A DNA stretch of 64,000 nt from an uncultured Actinomycetota bacterium (GCA_963753435.1 CAVWCF010000001.1:1536001-1600000), one strand, 5' to 3'; numbered from the stretch's first letter, positions 39,137-49,058 are shown. Program-made: numbers and translations. Notes: generated from the sequence alone by a model not told the origin.

Positions 39137-40590
39137 CCGGCGGTCTGGTCCTTCATCGGGATGGCGCCGGCCACTCCCACGTCGTGGGCGATGTCCTCGT
39201 CCGCGGCGTAGCGGTTCGGGATGATGCTCTTGCGCACGATCAGGCCGTAGATGGCGACGATGCCGGCCATGATGCCGAACAGAACGAACGGGGCGGCCGG
39301 TCGCCAGGCGTCGAACAGGATCCCGCCGACACCTAGCGCGATCATGATCCCCACCCCGCCGAACAGGGCGAACATGCCGATCACCGCGCCCCGGATCATC
39401 GGCGGCGCCTGTTCGGCAACGAGCACGTTGCTGGAGATGACTGCGCTCACCTGGCCCACGCCGATCAGCGCGGCGATTGCGAAGCCTTGGGCGCTGAACG
39501 GGTCGGAGATGGCCAAGGTGGCCGTGTAGCCGATCGCGGTGACCACCAGGGAGATGATCACGGCGTCCGTGCGGCCGATGCGGTCGGCGAGTATGCCCGT
39601 GACCGGTGCGGCCAGCAGCGCGGTGCCGTTGGCGACCGCCAGCAGGATCCCGGCCTTGGCCGTCGCCTCGCCGGTGGTCAGGCCGATGCTCTCGCCGTAC
39701 TGCTGCGCCCACAGGATCAGGAAGGCGCCCACCAGCGCCAGGTCGGCGCGAGCGACGAACGCTGCGGCGTAGGACAGGGAAAGGCCGGAGTCCTTGCCGG
39801 CCTTGAGGCCCTTGCCCACCAACTCGCGGATGGAGGGTTCGTCGGTCCGGGCGAACGCCTTGCCGCCGCGCAGCCCGACCCGCATGAGCACCGCTGTCAT
39901 GGCGGCCAGTCCCGCACCGACGAGGTACGTGGCGCGCAGCGCGGCGACCTCGCCGAGCCCGGCGCTCTCAAAGACGCTGGGGAGTTGCAGCAGCGCGGTG
40001 AACGTGATCAGTGCACCGATCCCGTTTGCGAAGCCCAGGATGCCGTTGGCCGTACCGCGCGTTTCGTCCCGCACGTAGTCGGTGACGATGGCGGTGATCA
40101 TCCCGGTGATGATGGCGATACCGATGCCGGCGACAGCCCGAGACGCGGTCAAGGACAAGACGTTGCCGACGAACGGGGTCAGCCCGATGCCGAGTGCGAT
40201 GAGGGCGTAGCCGAGAACCGCGACCGGGCGGCGCCCAACGCGGTCGGACCACGCGCCGGAAACCGCGACGACAACGATGAGGATGATCTCGCCCACCAGG
40301 CCGAGCAGGCCGGTGATGCGGCCTTGCTCGTCCTCGGGGATCTCCAGGATTGTCGTCAGCAGCCCGGCCTGCAGCGCGGGGACGAGCGTGAACAGCATGA
40401 TCGACGACAACGCCAGCCAGTAGTACGTGGCGACGTTGCCGCGAGTGGTGCCGCGGGTCAGCTTCAGTGGACCGAACTTCGGTGCGACCGCAGTGGCCGT
40501 ACCGCCGGTGCCCCCGTCGGCGGCGGGCGCCGATGCGTCCGGTTTGTCGCTAGCGGGTGGCTCGCCGCCACCTGCGCTGTGTCGTCCCAC
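39124..40590 (-). CDS. MFS transporter
   Basis: 12 TMs; G.WSDRVGRR and LADRIGR motif A. Confidence 0.9.
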   Translation of the reverse strand: MGRHSAGGGEPPASDKPDASAPAADGGTGGTATAVAPKFGPLKLTRGTTRGNVATYYWLALSSIMLFTLVPALQAGLLTTILEIPEDEQGRITGLLGLVGEIILIVVVAVSGAWSDRVGRRPVAVLGYALIALGIGLTPFVGNVLSLTASRAVAGIGIAIITGMITAIVTDYVRDETRGTANGILGFANGIGALITFTALLQLPSVFESAGLGEVAALRATYLVGAGLAAMTAVLMRVGLRGGKAFARTDEPSIRELVGKGLKAGKDSGLSLSYAAAFVARADLALVGAFLILWAQQYGESIGLTTGEATAKAGILLAVANGTALLAAPVTGILADRIGRTDAVIISLVVTAIGYTATLAISDPFSAQGFAIAALIGVGQVSAVISSNVLVAEQAPPMIRGAVIGMFALFGGVGIMIALGVGGILFDAWRPAAPFVLFGIMAGIVAIYGLIVRKSIIPNRYAADEDIAHDVGVAGAIPMKDQTAGQDS

Positions 40591-40663
40591 GCTGTCCCCC
40601 TCGGATCCAGTTGCGACAGTCTGCCGTGCTGGCAACTGACGCGCTCGCCGAACCCCCTTCTCG

Positions 40664-40786
40664 GCACAGAGCCGCTCTCATAGGGCTCCACCGGAACGGT
40701 GCCGCACAGTGGCGTGGTTCGCCGAGACGGGCGCGCAGCAGTGAGCGGCTGAATTGCGGCCTAGCGCTATGAGAGCGGCTCTGTGC
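40664..40786. repeat. Inverted-repeat element, family A (REP doublet/MITE-like)
   Basis: Perfect 20-bp terminal inverted repeats GCACAGAGCCGCTCTCATAG / CTATGAGAGCGGCTCTGTGC. Confidence 0.8.
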
Positions 40787-40789
40787 GGG

Positions 40790-42232
40790 TTAGGTACCGG
40801 GGTAGGCGGTTGCGCTCGTCGGCGTCTCGGCGCCGGGGCGGAAGGCCGCCGGCGCGTTCACCACGCAGGTCTGCACGTACTCCAGCAGCCCCTCGTCGCC
40901 GTACTCGCGGCCGAAGCCGGAGCGCTTCACGCCGCCGAACGGCGCCCGCAGCGCCATCCCGGTCCGGTTGTGAGTGTTGATGAACCGGAACCCGGCTTCG
41001 AGCCGCTGGGCGACCGCGAAGGCGTGCTCCTCATCGGCCGACCACACCGACGCACCCAAGCCCAGGTCACCGGCGTTGGCCCGGCCGATGACCTCATCCT
41101 CGGTGTCGAATACCTGGATCGGTACCAGCGGTCCGAACTGCTCCTCGGCCACCAGTCGGGCAACGTCGGGTAGGCCGGTGACGAGCGCCGGGCGAACGAA
41201 GTACCCCTCGTCCAGCAGTTCCTGGTCCGGCACCGACCCCAAGTCAACGGCCCTGCCCCCGGCGGCTACCGATTCCGCTCGCAGGCCGAGCAGCCGGTCG
41301 CGGGCAGCGGCGTTGATCACCGGGCCCATCGTCACGCCTTCCGCCAACGGATCGCCGACCACAAGCACCTCGGCAGCGGCGGCAGTGAACGCCTCCACGA
41401 ACTCCTCGAACCGGGACGCGTGCACGTACAGCCGCTTGCTGGCCATGCACACCTGGCCGCTGGTGGCGAAGGTGGCGATCACGGCCCGCGCCATGGCCGC
41501 GTCATCGATGACCGCGTCGGCGAGGAACACCGCCGGGTCGTTGCCACCCAGTTCCATGACGGTCGGGGTGATCCGCTCCGCCGCAGTGCGACCGATTGCC
41601 GTCGCCGTCACCCCGCCGCCGGTGAACGCGATCTTGCGGGTGAGTTCATGCCCCACGAGCGCAGCCCCGGCTTCGGCGTCACCGTGAATGACCTGCAGCA
41701 GTCCGGCGGGCAGCCCGGCCGCCACCTGCGCATAGAGATCTGTCACCGCCAGCGGTGCCAGCGGGGACGGCTTGACCACGATCGAGTTGCCCGTGACCAG
41801 AGCCGGAGCCACCTTGAGCATTGACAGGATCACCGGTGCGTTCCACGGCGTGATCGCGGCTACGACGCCGTACGGCACGTGCTGCAGCAGCATCCGCCCG
41901 CTGGCGTCGTCCACCTCCGAGTCGGTCACGACCTCCGGAGCGCGATCGGCGACGAACCCACCGAACATCCGCGCAAAGCCGATCTCGCCGCGGCAGTCCG
42001 GCAACGGTTTGCCCATCTCCCGGGCGAGCAGGGTCGCGAGCCGATCCGTCTCGGCCTCCAGGGGCGCGAGGGCTGCGCGAACGCGGTCGGCGCGCTCGGT
42101 CAGGGGCAGTTGGGCCCAGTCCCGCTGCGCCGCGTCGGCGGCGCGAACTGCCGTGTCGACGGCGGCCGCATCGGAGGTGGCGACCTCGCCGACGATCTCG
42201 CTGGGATGCGTCGGGTTCTCCCGGACGATCAT
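40790..42232 (-). CDS. Aldehyde dehydrogenase
   Basis: ITPWN, KPS, FTGG, ELGGN, GQVC, EQFGP, PFGG.K.SG. Confidence 0.93.
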   Translation of the reverse strand: MIVRENPTHPSEIVGEVATSDAAAVDTAVRAADAAQRDWAQLPLTERADRVRAALAPLEAETDRLATLLAREMGKPLPDCRGEIGFARMFGGFVADRAPEVVTDSEVDDASGRMLLQHVPYGVVAAITPWNAPVILSMLKVAPALVTGNSIVVKPSPLAPLAVTDLYAQVAAGLPAGLLQVIHGDAEAGAALVGHELTRKIAFTGGGVTATAIGRTAAERITPTVMELGGNDPAVFLADAVIDDAAMARAVIATFATSGQVCMASKRLYVHASRFEEFVEAFTAAAAEVLVVGDPLAEGVTMGPVINAAARDRLLGLRAESVAAGGRAVDLGSVPDQELLDEGYFVRPALVTGLPDVARLVAEEQFGPLVPIQVFDTEDEVIGRANAGDLGLGASVWSADEEHAFAVAQRLEAGFRFINTHNRTGMALRAPFGGVKRSGFGREYGDEGLLEYVQTCVVNAPAAFRPGAETPTSATAYPGT

Positions 42233-42267
42233 CACGCCTCCTGTTTTCCGCGCCGCTGCTGAGCTGA

Positions 42268-43011
42268 TCAGAACTGCCGCAGCAGGCTGCCGGCCCCTTC
42301 GATGCGATCGTCGAAGCCGAGTGTTCGCAGGGTGTGCCACAAGGTGGCGGCGTTGATGGCGATGACCGGCTTGCCCAAGTAGCCCTCAAGTGCATCGGCC
42401 TGTGCCACGAACGACAAATTGGTGCCCACCTGCACGACGGCGTCGACGTCGGGGGCGTCGATCGCCCGGATCGTTTCGCCGATCTCAGCCGGGGTGACCT
42501 CGGCGATCGCGGTGGCCGACTTGCACCGCAGCCCGGTGATGGCGGCCACGTCGAAACCGGCCTCAGTGAAGTAGCGACCGACCTCGACATCGGCGATCGG
42601 TTGGTACGGCGAGAACACCGAGATCCGCTTCGCACCGAACTTCTGCAGGGCCTCGGAACAGGACCGGGCTCCGGTGGAGACCCGTAGGCCGGTCTGGTCG
42701 TGGATTCGCTGCTCGAACGCGGCATTTCCGGCCACTCCGCCCCAGAACGTCTCCGCGGACATGCCCATCAGCATGTAGTCGGGCTTGCACGTCATCACCG
42801 AGTCGACGGCGTCGGTGATCGAGGCGCGGATCTGGGTCAGGAGCGCCGTGAAGTCCGCGTCTGAGGCGAGGTCGGGCTCGGTGATGAGCATGCGCCCGGC
42901 GTGAAACGTCACGCCGGGAGGTCGCAGCACCGCCAGGTCGTGCTCGACCACCGTGTTCGTCGAAGGGACGATCGCGGCGATCTTGGCCCGCCAGCCGGTG
43001 ACGTCGGGCAT
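42268..43011 (-). CDS. Maleate isomerase/arylmalonate decarboxylase homologue (paralog of 27861)
   Basis: VPSTNTVVE, MGMSAETFWGG, SPYQP, QVGTNL, KPVIAINAAT. Confidence 0.85.
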   Translation of the reverse strand: MPDVTGWRAKIAAIVPSTNTVVEHDLAVLRPPGVTFHAGRMLITEPDLASDADFTALLTQIRASITDAVDSVMTCKPDYMLMGMSAETFWGGVAGNAAFEQRIHDQTGLRVSTGARSCSEALQKFGAKRISVFSPYQPIADVEVGRYFTEAGFDVAAITGLRCKSATAIAEVTPAEIGETIRAIDAPDVDAVVQVGTNLSFVAQADALEGYLGKPVIAINAATLWHTLRTLGFDDRIEGAGSLLRQF

Positions 43012-43015
43012 CGCC

Positions 43016-44215
43016 TCAGACGATCCCGCGCTCGGTCAGGTCGGCCACGTCGTCGGCGGACTTGCCCAGCACCTCGGTCAGGACCTCGTTGGTGTGCTCG
43101 CCGAGCTCCGGACCCACCCAGCGGACCTTGCCCGGGGTTTCCGACATCTTCGGCGCGGTGTTCTGCATGGCGATCTCGCCGTATTCGGGGTGCATGATCC
43201 GGATGATCGCCTCGCGCGCGGCGAAGTGCGGGTCGGCCAGCATCTCCGGGGCGCGGTACACCTTGCCGCAGGGGACACCCGCCTCGGCCATGATCTTCTC
43301 GACGTCCTCGGCGGTGTGCTGCCGCGTCCACGCGGAGACGATCTCGTCGAGTTCCGTCTGGTTCTCACCGCGAGCGGCGTGCGTCTTGTAGCGGGGGTCC
43401 TCAGCCAGTTCCGGCTGGCCCATCGCCTCGGCCATGCGGGCGAAGACGGTGTCCTGGTTGCCCGCGATCAGGATGTCCGCGCCTTCGGAGGTCGGGTAGG
43501 CGTTCGACGGCGCGATCTTCGGCAGGATCGAGCCGGTGCGCGGTCGGATGTAGCCGGAGACGTCGTAGTCGGTAACCAGCGACTCCATGACGTTGAGCAC
43601 GGCCTCATACAGCGTGGAGTCGACCACCTGACCCTTGCCGGTGCGCTCGCGGTGGTGCAGCGCCATCATCCCGCCGAGCGCTGCGTGGATTGCCGCCAGC
43701 GTGTCGCCGATGGAGATGCCGGCGCGCGCCGGCGGCCGGTCCGGTTCGCCGGTCACGTAGCGGAGTCCACCCATCGCCTCGCCGATGGCGCCGTAGCCGG
43801 CCTGCTTGCTCATCGGGCCGGTCTGGCCGAAGCCGGACACGCGCAGAATGATCAGGCCGGGGTTGTCCTCCCACAGGACCTCGGGTGCCATGCCCCAGCG
43901 CTCCAGCGTCCCGGGGCGGAAGTTCTCAATGAGGATGTCCGCGGTCTTGATCAGGTCCTTGGCCAGTTGCTGACCCTCCTCCTCGCGGAGGTTGATCGTC
44001 ACCGACTTCTTGCCGCGGGCGACCACGCTCCACCACAGGGCCTTGCCGTCAACGCGCTCCCGGCCCCACTGCCGCATCGGGTCGCCGGTGCCGGGGGCTT
44101 CGACCTTGATGACCTCAGCACCGAAGTCGGCGTACAGCTGCCCGGCGAACGGGCCGGCCAGCAGTTGGCCCATCTCGACGACGCGCAGGTCGGTCAGGGG
44201 TCCGGTGTGAGTCAT
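43016..44215 (-). CDS. CaiB/BaiF family III CoA-transferase
   Basis: GPL..LRVVE, AGP, GAEVIKVE, ENFRPG, SGFGQTGP, GD, LGEHT. Confidence 0.93.
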   Translation of the reverse strand: MTHTGPLTDLRVVEMGQLLAGPFAGQLYADFGAEVIKVEAPGTGDPMRQWGRERVDGKALWWSVVARGKKSVTINLREEEGQQLAKDLIKTADILIENFRPGTLERWGMAPEVLWEDNPGLIILRVSGFGQTGPMSKQAGYGAIGEAMGGLRYVTGEPDRPPARAGISIGDTLAAIHAALGGMMALHHRERTGKGQVVDSTLYEAVLNVMESLVTDYDVSGYIRPRTGSILPKIAPSNAYPTSEGADILIAGNQDTVFARMAEAMGQPELAEDPRYKTHAARGENQTELDEIVSAWTRQHTAEDVEKIMAEAGVPCGKVYRAPEMLADPHFAAREAIIRIMHPEYGEIAMQNTAPKMSETPGKVRWVGPELGEHTNEVLTEVLGKSADDVADLTERGIV

Positions 44216-44368
44216 GACGGCTCCTTGCTTGGTGTGTGCACCGGTGCTTGCGTGGATCGGGGGTGATTGTGTCCGGCGCCACGATGGGCACAACCGGCGG
44301 GGTTGACGCCCGCCGGGCGGTCCGCGCGTCAAGCGCAGCGGACCGCCCAGCGGGTCCTGGGCGAGCGG

Positions 44369-45865
44369 TCAGCCGGCCAAGTGGCCGGCCAGCATCCCCT
44401 CGACCCCCACGACCCGTGTGTTGCAGAAGAACTGAAACGTCTCCGCGGTCCCCTCCTCCGCGTAGCCGCTCAGTCCCCAGGCGGGACGTGGAGCCATGAT
44501 GTCCAGGCTGAGCACCGTGGACCCGTTTACCTTCACCCCGCCGGCGTGGACCTGGCGGGCGACGTTCATCGCCCGGTCGGTGTCCGTGCCGAACACGTAG
44601 CCCTCCAGGCCGTACGGGGTGCCGTTGGCCAAAGCGATGGCTTCGGCGTCGGTTCGGAACTGGTGCACCGTGGCAACCGGTCCGAAGATCTCGTGCAGGG
44701 CGTCCTCCGGGGAGACGCCCGTGACCAAAGTCGGCGACAAGAAGTAGCCGGGCAGGTCCGGCAGGTTGCCGGGGGCGACGACGGTGCCACCGGCGGAGTC
44801 CAACTCGGCGATGCGGTCCTGCAGCAACGCCAGGTGGGCTGCGTGCACCATCGGGCCGAGGTCGGTGTCCAGCGACAGGCTGTCCCCGATGCGCAGCGCC
44901 GCGATCTTGTCCGCCATCGCGGCCACCAGGTCGTCGGCCAGTGACTCGTGCACGATCAGACGGCCCAGCGCCCGGCACCACTGGCCGTTCAACTGGGTCA
45001 GCAGGTCAACCGCGCCCTGGGCGGCGTACTCGACGTCGGCGTCCTCCAAGACGACTACCGGGTTGTTGCCGCCCAGTTCCAGCTGTGCCGGCTTCATGTC
45101 GTAGGCGCAGGCGGCAGCGATGGCCCGCCCGCCAGCCAAACCACCGGTGAAGGAAACCGCCCGGATCCGCGGGTCCTGGACCAGGGTCGCGCCCTGCTTG
45201 GGTCCACCTTGGATCAACTGGAAGGTGCCGGCGGGGGCCCCGGCGGCGTCCAGGGCTTCGGCGATGGTCTCGGCCAGCACGGAGGTGCCCAGCGGCGCGT
45301 ACTCGCTGGGCTTGAGGATCGTGGGGCAGCCGGCGGCCAGCGCGTTGGCGACCTTGTGCGCGGCCATCGGCGCCGGGGCGTTCCACGGCACCAGGCAAAG
45401 CGCCGGGCCGAACGGCAAGCGGTGTACCTCGACCTCGTTGCCGGACTCGGCGGTGATGCTCGAGTTGGTCCACCCGGACCGAAGCTGCATGGCGGCCAGG
45501 CGGAACGAGCCGCCATTGATGATCGTCAGCATGCCGGTCATCCGGCGGATCGCACCGGTGCCCAGTGACTCCAGGTCGGCGATGCGATCGGCGACCGGGT
45601 CCAGCGCGTCGGCAACCGCCTCGAGGATTCCGGCGCGCTCGTCGGCGCTGAGCCCGGACCAGTCTCCGGCCGCGTGCAGGTTGCTGGCGGTGTCGGCAAC
45701 TGCCTCCAGCGCATCGTCTGCGGTGGCGACCTGTTTGCCGATCAGTTCGGCGGTGTTGGGATTGTGCAGTTCACCGCCCAGGTCGGTCGACGGATCGGCC
45801 CACTGTCCGTTGACGAGTTCCCGCAGTGCGGGGACCTCGACGTTTTGCGACGGTGTCGCGGTCAT
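44369..45865 (-). CDS. Aldehyde dehydrogenase
   Basis: VPWN, KPSE, FTGG, ELGGN, GQWC, EIFGP. Confidence 0.93.
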   Translation of the reverse strand: MTATPSQNVEVPALRELVNGQWADPSTDLGGELHNPNTAELIGKQVATADDALEAVADTASNLHAAGDWSGLSADERAGILEAVADALDPVADRIADLESLGTGAIRRMTGMLTIINGGSFRLAAMQLRSGWTNSSITAESGNEVEVHRLPFGPALCLVPWNAPAPMAAHKVANALAAGCPTILKPSEYAPLGTSVLAETIAEALDAAGAPAGTFQLIQGGPKQGATLVQDPRIRAVSFTGGLAGGRAIAAACAYDMKPAQLELGGNNPVVVLEDADVEYAAQGAVDLLTQLNGQWCRALGRLIVHESLADDLVAAMADKIAALRIGDSLSLDTDLGPMVHAAHLALLQDRIAELDSAGGTVVAPGNLPDLPGYFLSPTLVTGVSPEDALHEIFGPVATVHQFRTDAEAIALANGTPYGLEGYVFGTDTDRAMNVARQVHAGGVKVNGSTVLSLDIMAPRPAWGLSGYAEEGTAETFQFFCNTRVVGVEGMLAGHLAG

Positions 45866-46470
45866 TTGTTCTCCTCGCGATAGACGGTCGTCTGGGCTGA
45901 CCCGTCGTGCACCGGTCCGTCCGCACCGCGGGGGTCCCACGGCAACCGACGGGTCGGGTCTTCGCTGATGCGGGTCGCGTTGGCGGTGAGGGTACGGACC
46001 AGCACACCGTGCCGGTACAGCGCGGTAGTCCGCGTGCGCTGGTCGCTGCCGAGGTAGCGGACCCAGTCCGGCTCGGCGTAGCGGGCGGCGGGGCCGTCCA
46101 GCCGCGTCGGTCCGAAGACGACTGTTCCGGGACCGGCGCTGACCCCGACGATGTCCGGCGCCCCTTCGGGGAGGTCGAAGTGCAGGACCCCATCGACGAT
46201 GCGGCCGGTGAAGGTTCGCGTGTGGGCCGGGCGGCCGCGGACTACCACGTTGGTCTGCTGGTAGTCGTCGCCGTCCAGGTCCAGGTACACGAGTTGTTCG
46301 AAAGGCAGCGGCCCCGGACGCGCAGCTTCGGGGTCGTCGGTGAGCTCAGTGCCGTCGCAGTCGTAGCCGGCTACGTGCTCGTGCCACACGCCGCGCAGCA
46401 GCCGCAGGGTCTGTGCCACCGAGGCTGACTCAGCGGCGCCCTGGGTCTGCGCGTGTGTGGTCGTACTCAC
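45862..46470 (-). CDS. Hypothetical protein (possible beta-barrel)
   Basis: Translationally coupled (ATGA) in the operon; begins L.GVW; beta-strand pattern. Confidence 0.65.
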   Translation of the reverse strand: MSTTTHAQTQGAAESASVAQTLRLLRGVWHEHVAGYDCDGTELTDDPEAARPGPLPFEQLVYLDLDGDDYQQTNVVVRGRPAHTRTFTGRIVDGVLHFDLPEGAPDIVGVSAGPGTVVFGPTRLDGPAARYAEPDWVRYLGSDQRTRTTALYRHGVLVRTLTANATRISEDPTRRLPWDPRGADGPVHDGSAQTTVYREENK

Positions 46471-46483
46471 CGCCGGCTACGAG

Positions 46484-47759
46484 TCACTTCTCGTTGATGG
46501 TGGTGAAGCCGCCCCAGCCCTGACCGTCGACGATCATCTTCGCCAGGTCGAGCTTGCCGCGCTCGGCCGGGAATGCTTGCAGCAGGCCCATCGAGGCGTC
46601 GCGGAAGTTACGGCCGATCTCGTTGTCCATGAGTGCGCCGGACGTGCCGCACATCTTCAGCGCCAGGGTGGTCACGTCGAACGAACGCTCACACACCGTG
46701 CCCTTGGTCAGCCGCCACATCTTCACGACGTCCTGCTTGGACATGAGCTCGGGGTCCGCGGTCTCCAACTGCACCTGCCGGCGTCCCCACAGGTGCGCGT
46801 CCTCCAGCGCCTGCTCCGCCTCACCGATCAGCACCTGGTGCATCGGGGAGGAGGCAACCGACTTGCCGGTGTCGGCGAACGGGGTGTTCATGACCTTGTT
46901 GAGGGCGTACTCGTAGGCGCCGCGGGCGATGCCGATGTAGATCGCGCCGATGGCGACCTGGTTGCCGACCCATGAGCCGCGCGCCACCTTGGTGGCCGTC
47001 ATGAATGCGCCGGGGATGGTCAGCGCCATGTCGTCGGGGACGAAGCAGTCCTCCAGGACGATGCCGTGGTTGCCGCTGGCCCGCATGCCCAGGCCGTTCC
47101 AGTTGATGCGTGCGCGCACGCCCTCCTTGCGGCGATCTACGAGGAACAGTGCCAGCGACTCCATGCCTTCGTAGTCGGCGCAGGCGCGCGGTGACCATGT
47201 AGTAGTCGGCGGTGTCGGTGAGGCAGCCGAAGGACTTCTCCCCGTTCAGCAGCCAGCCGCCGTCGGTCTTGGTGGCGGTGGTGCGGATGAGCACGTTGGC
47301 GTTCTCGGCTTTGACGGCCTCGGACGCGAAGTTGCCGATCCATTTGCCCTCGGCACCCATCAGCGTCAGAACCTTCTCGCCGAAAGCCCGGACTGTGGGC
47401 ACGTCCTTCTCGTCGTACAGGCCGGCGTCGATGGCGCCGAGCGGCAGCAGGCCGCGCGAACTCGACGAGCAGTGGAAGAAGTACGCAAGCGCGGTTGAGC
47501 CGCAGGCGGTCCCAAGCGCGTAGGTGGTGGCGGCCAGGTCACGCAACGTGCCGCCCATGCCGCCGTACTCGGTCGGCACGACCAGGCCGAGCAGGCCGGA
47601 CTCGCTGAACATCTTCAGGTGCCGCTCGGGGAACTCCGCCCTGGCGTCAGCCTCGGCGGCGGCCTCACGCACTGCCGGAAGGATCGAGTCGACGACCTCC
47701 TGGCGTGCCCGCTCCTCGGGCGTCAGGTCCTCAATGAGTCGTTCTGCGGTCAGGGCCAT
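46484..47759 (-). CDS. Acyl-CoA dehydrogenase-fold flavoprotein (possible two-component monooxygenase), +1 frameshift near 47181
   Basis: VP.EYGGMG, GGWLLNGEKSF, WNGLGMRASG, A.YIGIARGA, R.FRDA. One extra C splits TARL from ADYEGMESL. Confidence 0.85.
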
Positions 47760-47768
47760 GTCTGCTCC

Positions 47769-49058
47769 CTAGGTGGTGACGGCCGGTGTTGGCAGGGTGC
47801 CGGTGCGGGACCGCAGCGGCGCGTTGCTGATGTGAGCGAGTGCGGTCGCCGCCTGCAGGACTGCGTCGCGATCGGCGGGCGCAGAAACCTCGAGGGTGGC
47901 GATCAGGTAGAGCAGGTCTTCCAGCGGCGAAACCCCGTCGAGGCCGCCGAGCGTTGCGTGGAACCGGCGCACTCCGCTCTTCAGTGCGGTGAGCGCGTTG
48001 GCCAGCGCCAATCCGGTGGAGTCACCCAGACGCAGCGCCAACGGCACCGGCCGGACGCGCGGTACCGCCTCTTGAAGGAACACCCGCATCGACAGCGGGT
48101 TGGCCGCGGACGTGGAGTCATCGAGGCAGATCTCGTCGACCCCGAGGGCGGCAACGCGCTCGCAGGCGGCGATCGCCTCCTCCTGGTCTGCGCTGAAGAC
48201 GTTTCGCAGCGTTACCGAGACCGCCAGTTCGGCCGCCTTCGCGGCGGCGACGAGCGACTCCACTTCGGCAACATCGCCGTTGACGTCGGCCACCACCTCG
48301 GCGACACCGATGCCTAGGTCGGCGGCCCGGGCGACGTGCTCGGGCGCTGCGATCACCGCGGTGGCAGTGCCCGGCCCGGCGTCCCGGTCGGCGCCGAGGA
48401 CGGCAAGTTCCAGGTCGGTCGGTGGGTGGCCGGCCAGGTCCAGAACCCGGACTGCCACTCCGGCGGCGCGCAATGTGCTGACCACCTCGGTCACCCGACC
48501 CGGGGCCGCCCCGGCGCGACGCAGCACCTCGGTGGTGCCGGTGTCCATGACTGCGGCGTCCTCCGGCAGTAGGTCTGCGAACTGGCCCCAGGCGCGGGAG
48601 TGGAACAGGAGTGGAGCCGTCAACCTCGGGGTGTCCGCGGCGAGGACCTCACCCACGAAGATCGTGTGGTCGCCACCGTCATATGCGTGCCGCACCTCGC
48701 AGTCCAGCCAGGCCAGCGCGTCGGGGATGAGCGGTGCGCCGGTGGCGGCGGTCTTGGCTTGCACGTCGAAGAACCGGTCAGTCACCTCCGGCTGCTGCCC
48801 GGCGAAGCGCTTGCCCAGGTGCGCCTGGTCCTTGGCGAGGATGTTCACGGCAAAGTGCCCGCTCGCCTCGATCAGCGAGTGCGTGAAGATGGTTTTGGCC
48901 AGGCACACCGAAACCAGCGGCGGGTCCAGGCTGACGCTGCTGAATGAGCTGGCCGTCATGCCGTGCAAGGTGCCGTCGTCGGCGGTGGTGGTGACGACGG
49001 TGACGCCGCTAGGCCACTGGCCAAGAGCCGAACGGAACGTCGCGGCGTCGATGGGCAC
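47769..49058 (-). CDS. Flavin reductase (HpaC-like) fused to degenerate HMG-CoA-lyase-like barrel
   Basis: FRSALG.W.SGVTVVTT, SSFSSVSLDPPLV, GGDHTIFVGEV; then EICLDDSTS.ANP, GLALANAL.A, TLGGL.G, EDLLY. Confidence 0.8.
   Translation of the reverse strand: MPIDAATFRSALGQWPSGVTVVTTTADDGTLHGMTASSFSSVSLDPPLVSVCLAKTIFTHSLIEASGHFAVNILAKDQAHLGKRFAGQQPEVTDRFFDVQAKTAATGAPLIPDALAWLDCEVRHAYDGGDHTIFVGEVLAADTPRLTAPLLFHSRAWGQFADLLPEDAAVMDTGTTEVLRRAGAAPGRVTEVVSTLRAAGVAVRVLDLAGHPPTDLELAVLGADRDAGPGTATAVIAAPEHVARAADLGIGVAEVVADVNGDVAEVESLVAAAKAAELAVSVTLRNVFSADQEEAIAACERVAALGVDEICLDDSTSAANPLSMRVFLQEAVPRVRPVPLALRLGDSTGLALANALTALKSGVRRFHATLGGLDGVSPLEDLLYLIATLEVSAPADRDAVLQAATALAHISNAPLRSRTGTLPTPAVTT

Noticed and set aside
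40691-40702. CGGAACGG half-site upstream of the MFS gene as another IclR operator
   Set aside because: It lacks the matching left half-site and lies inside the family A repeat.
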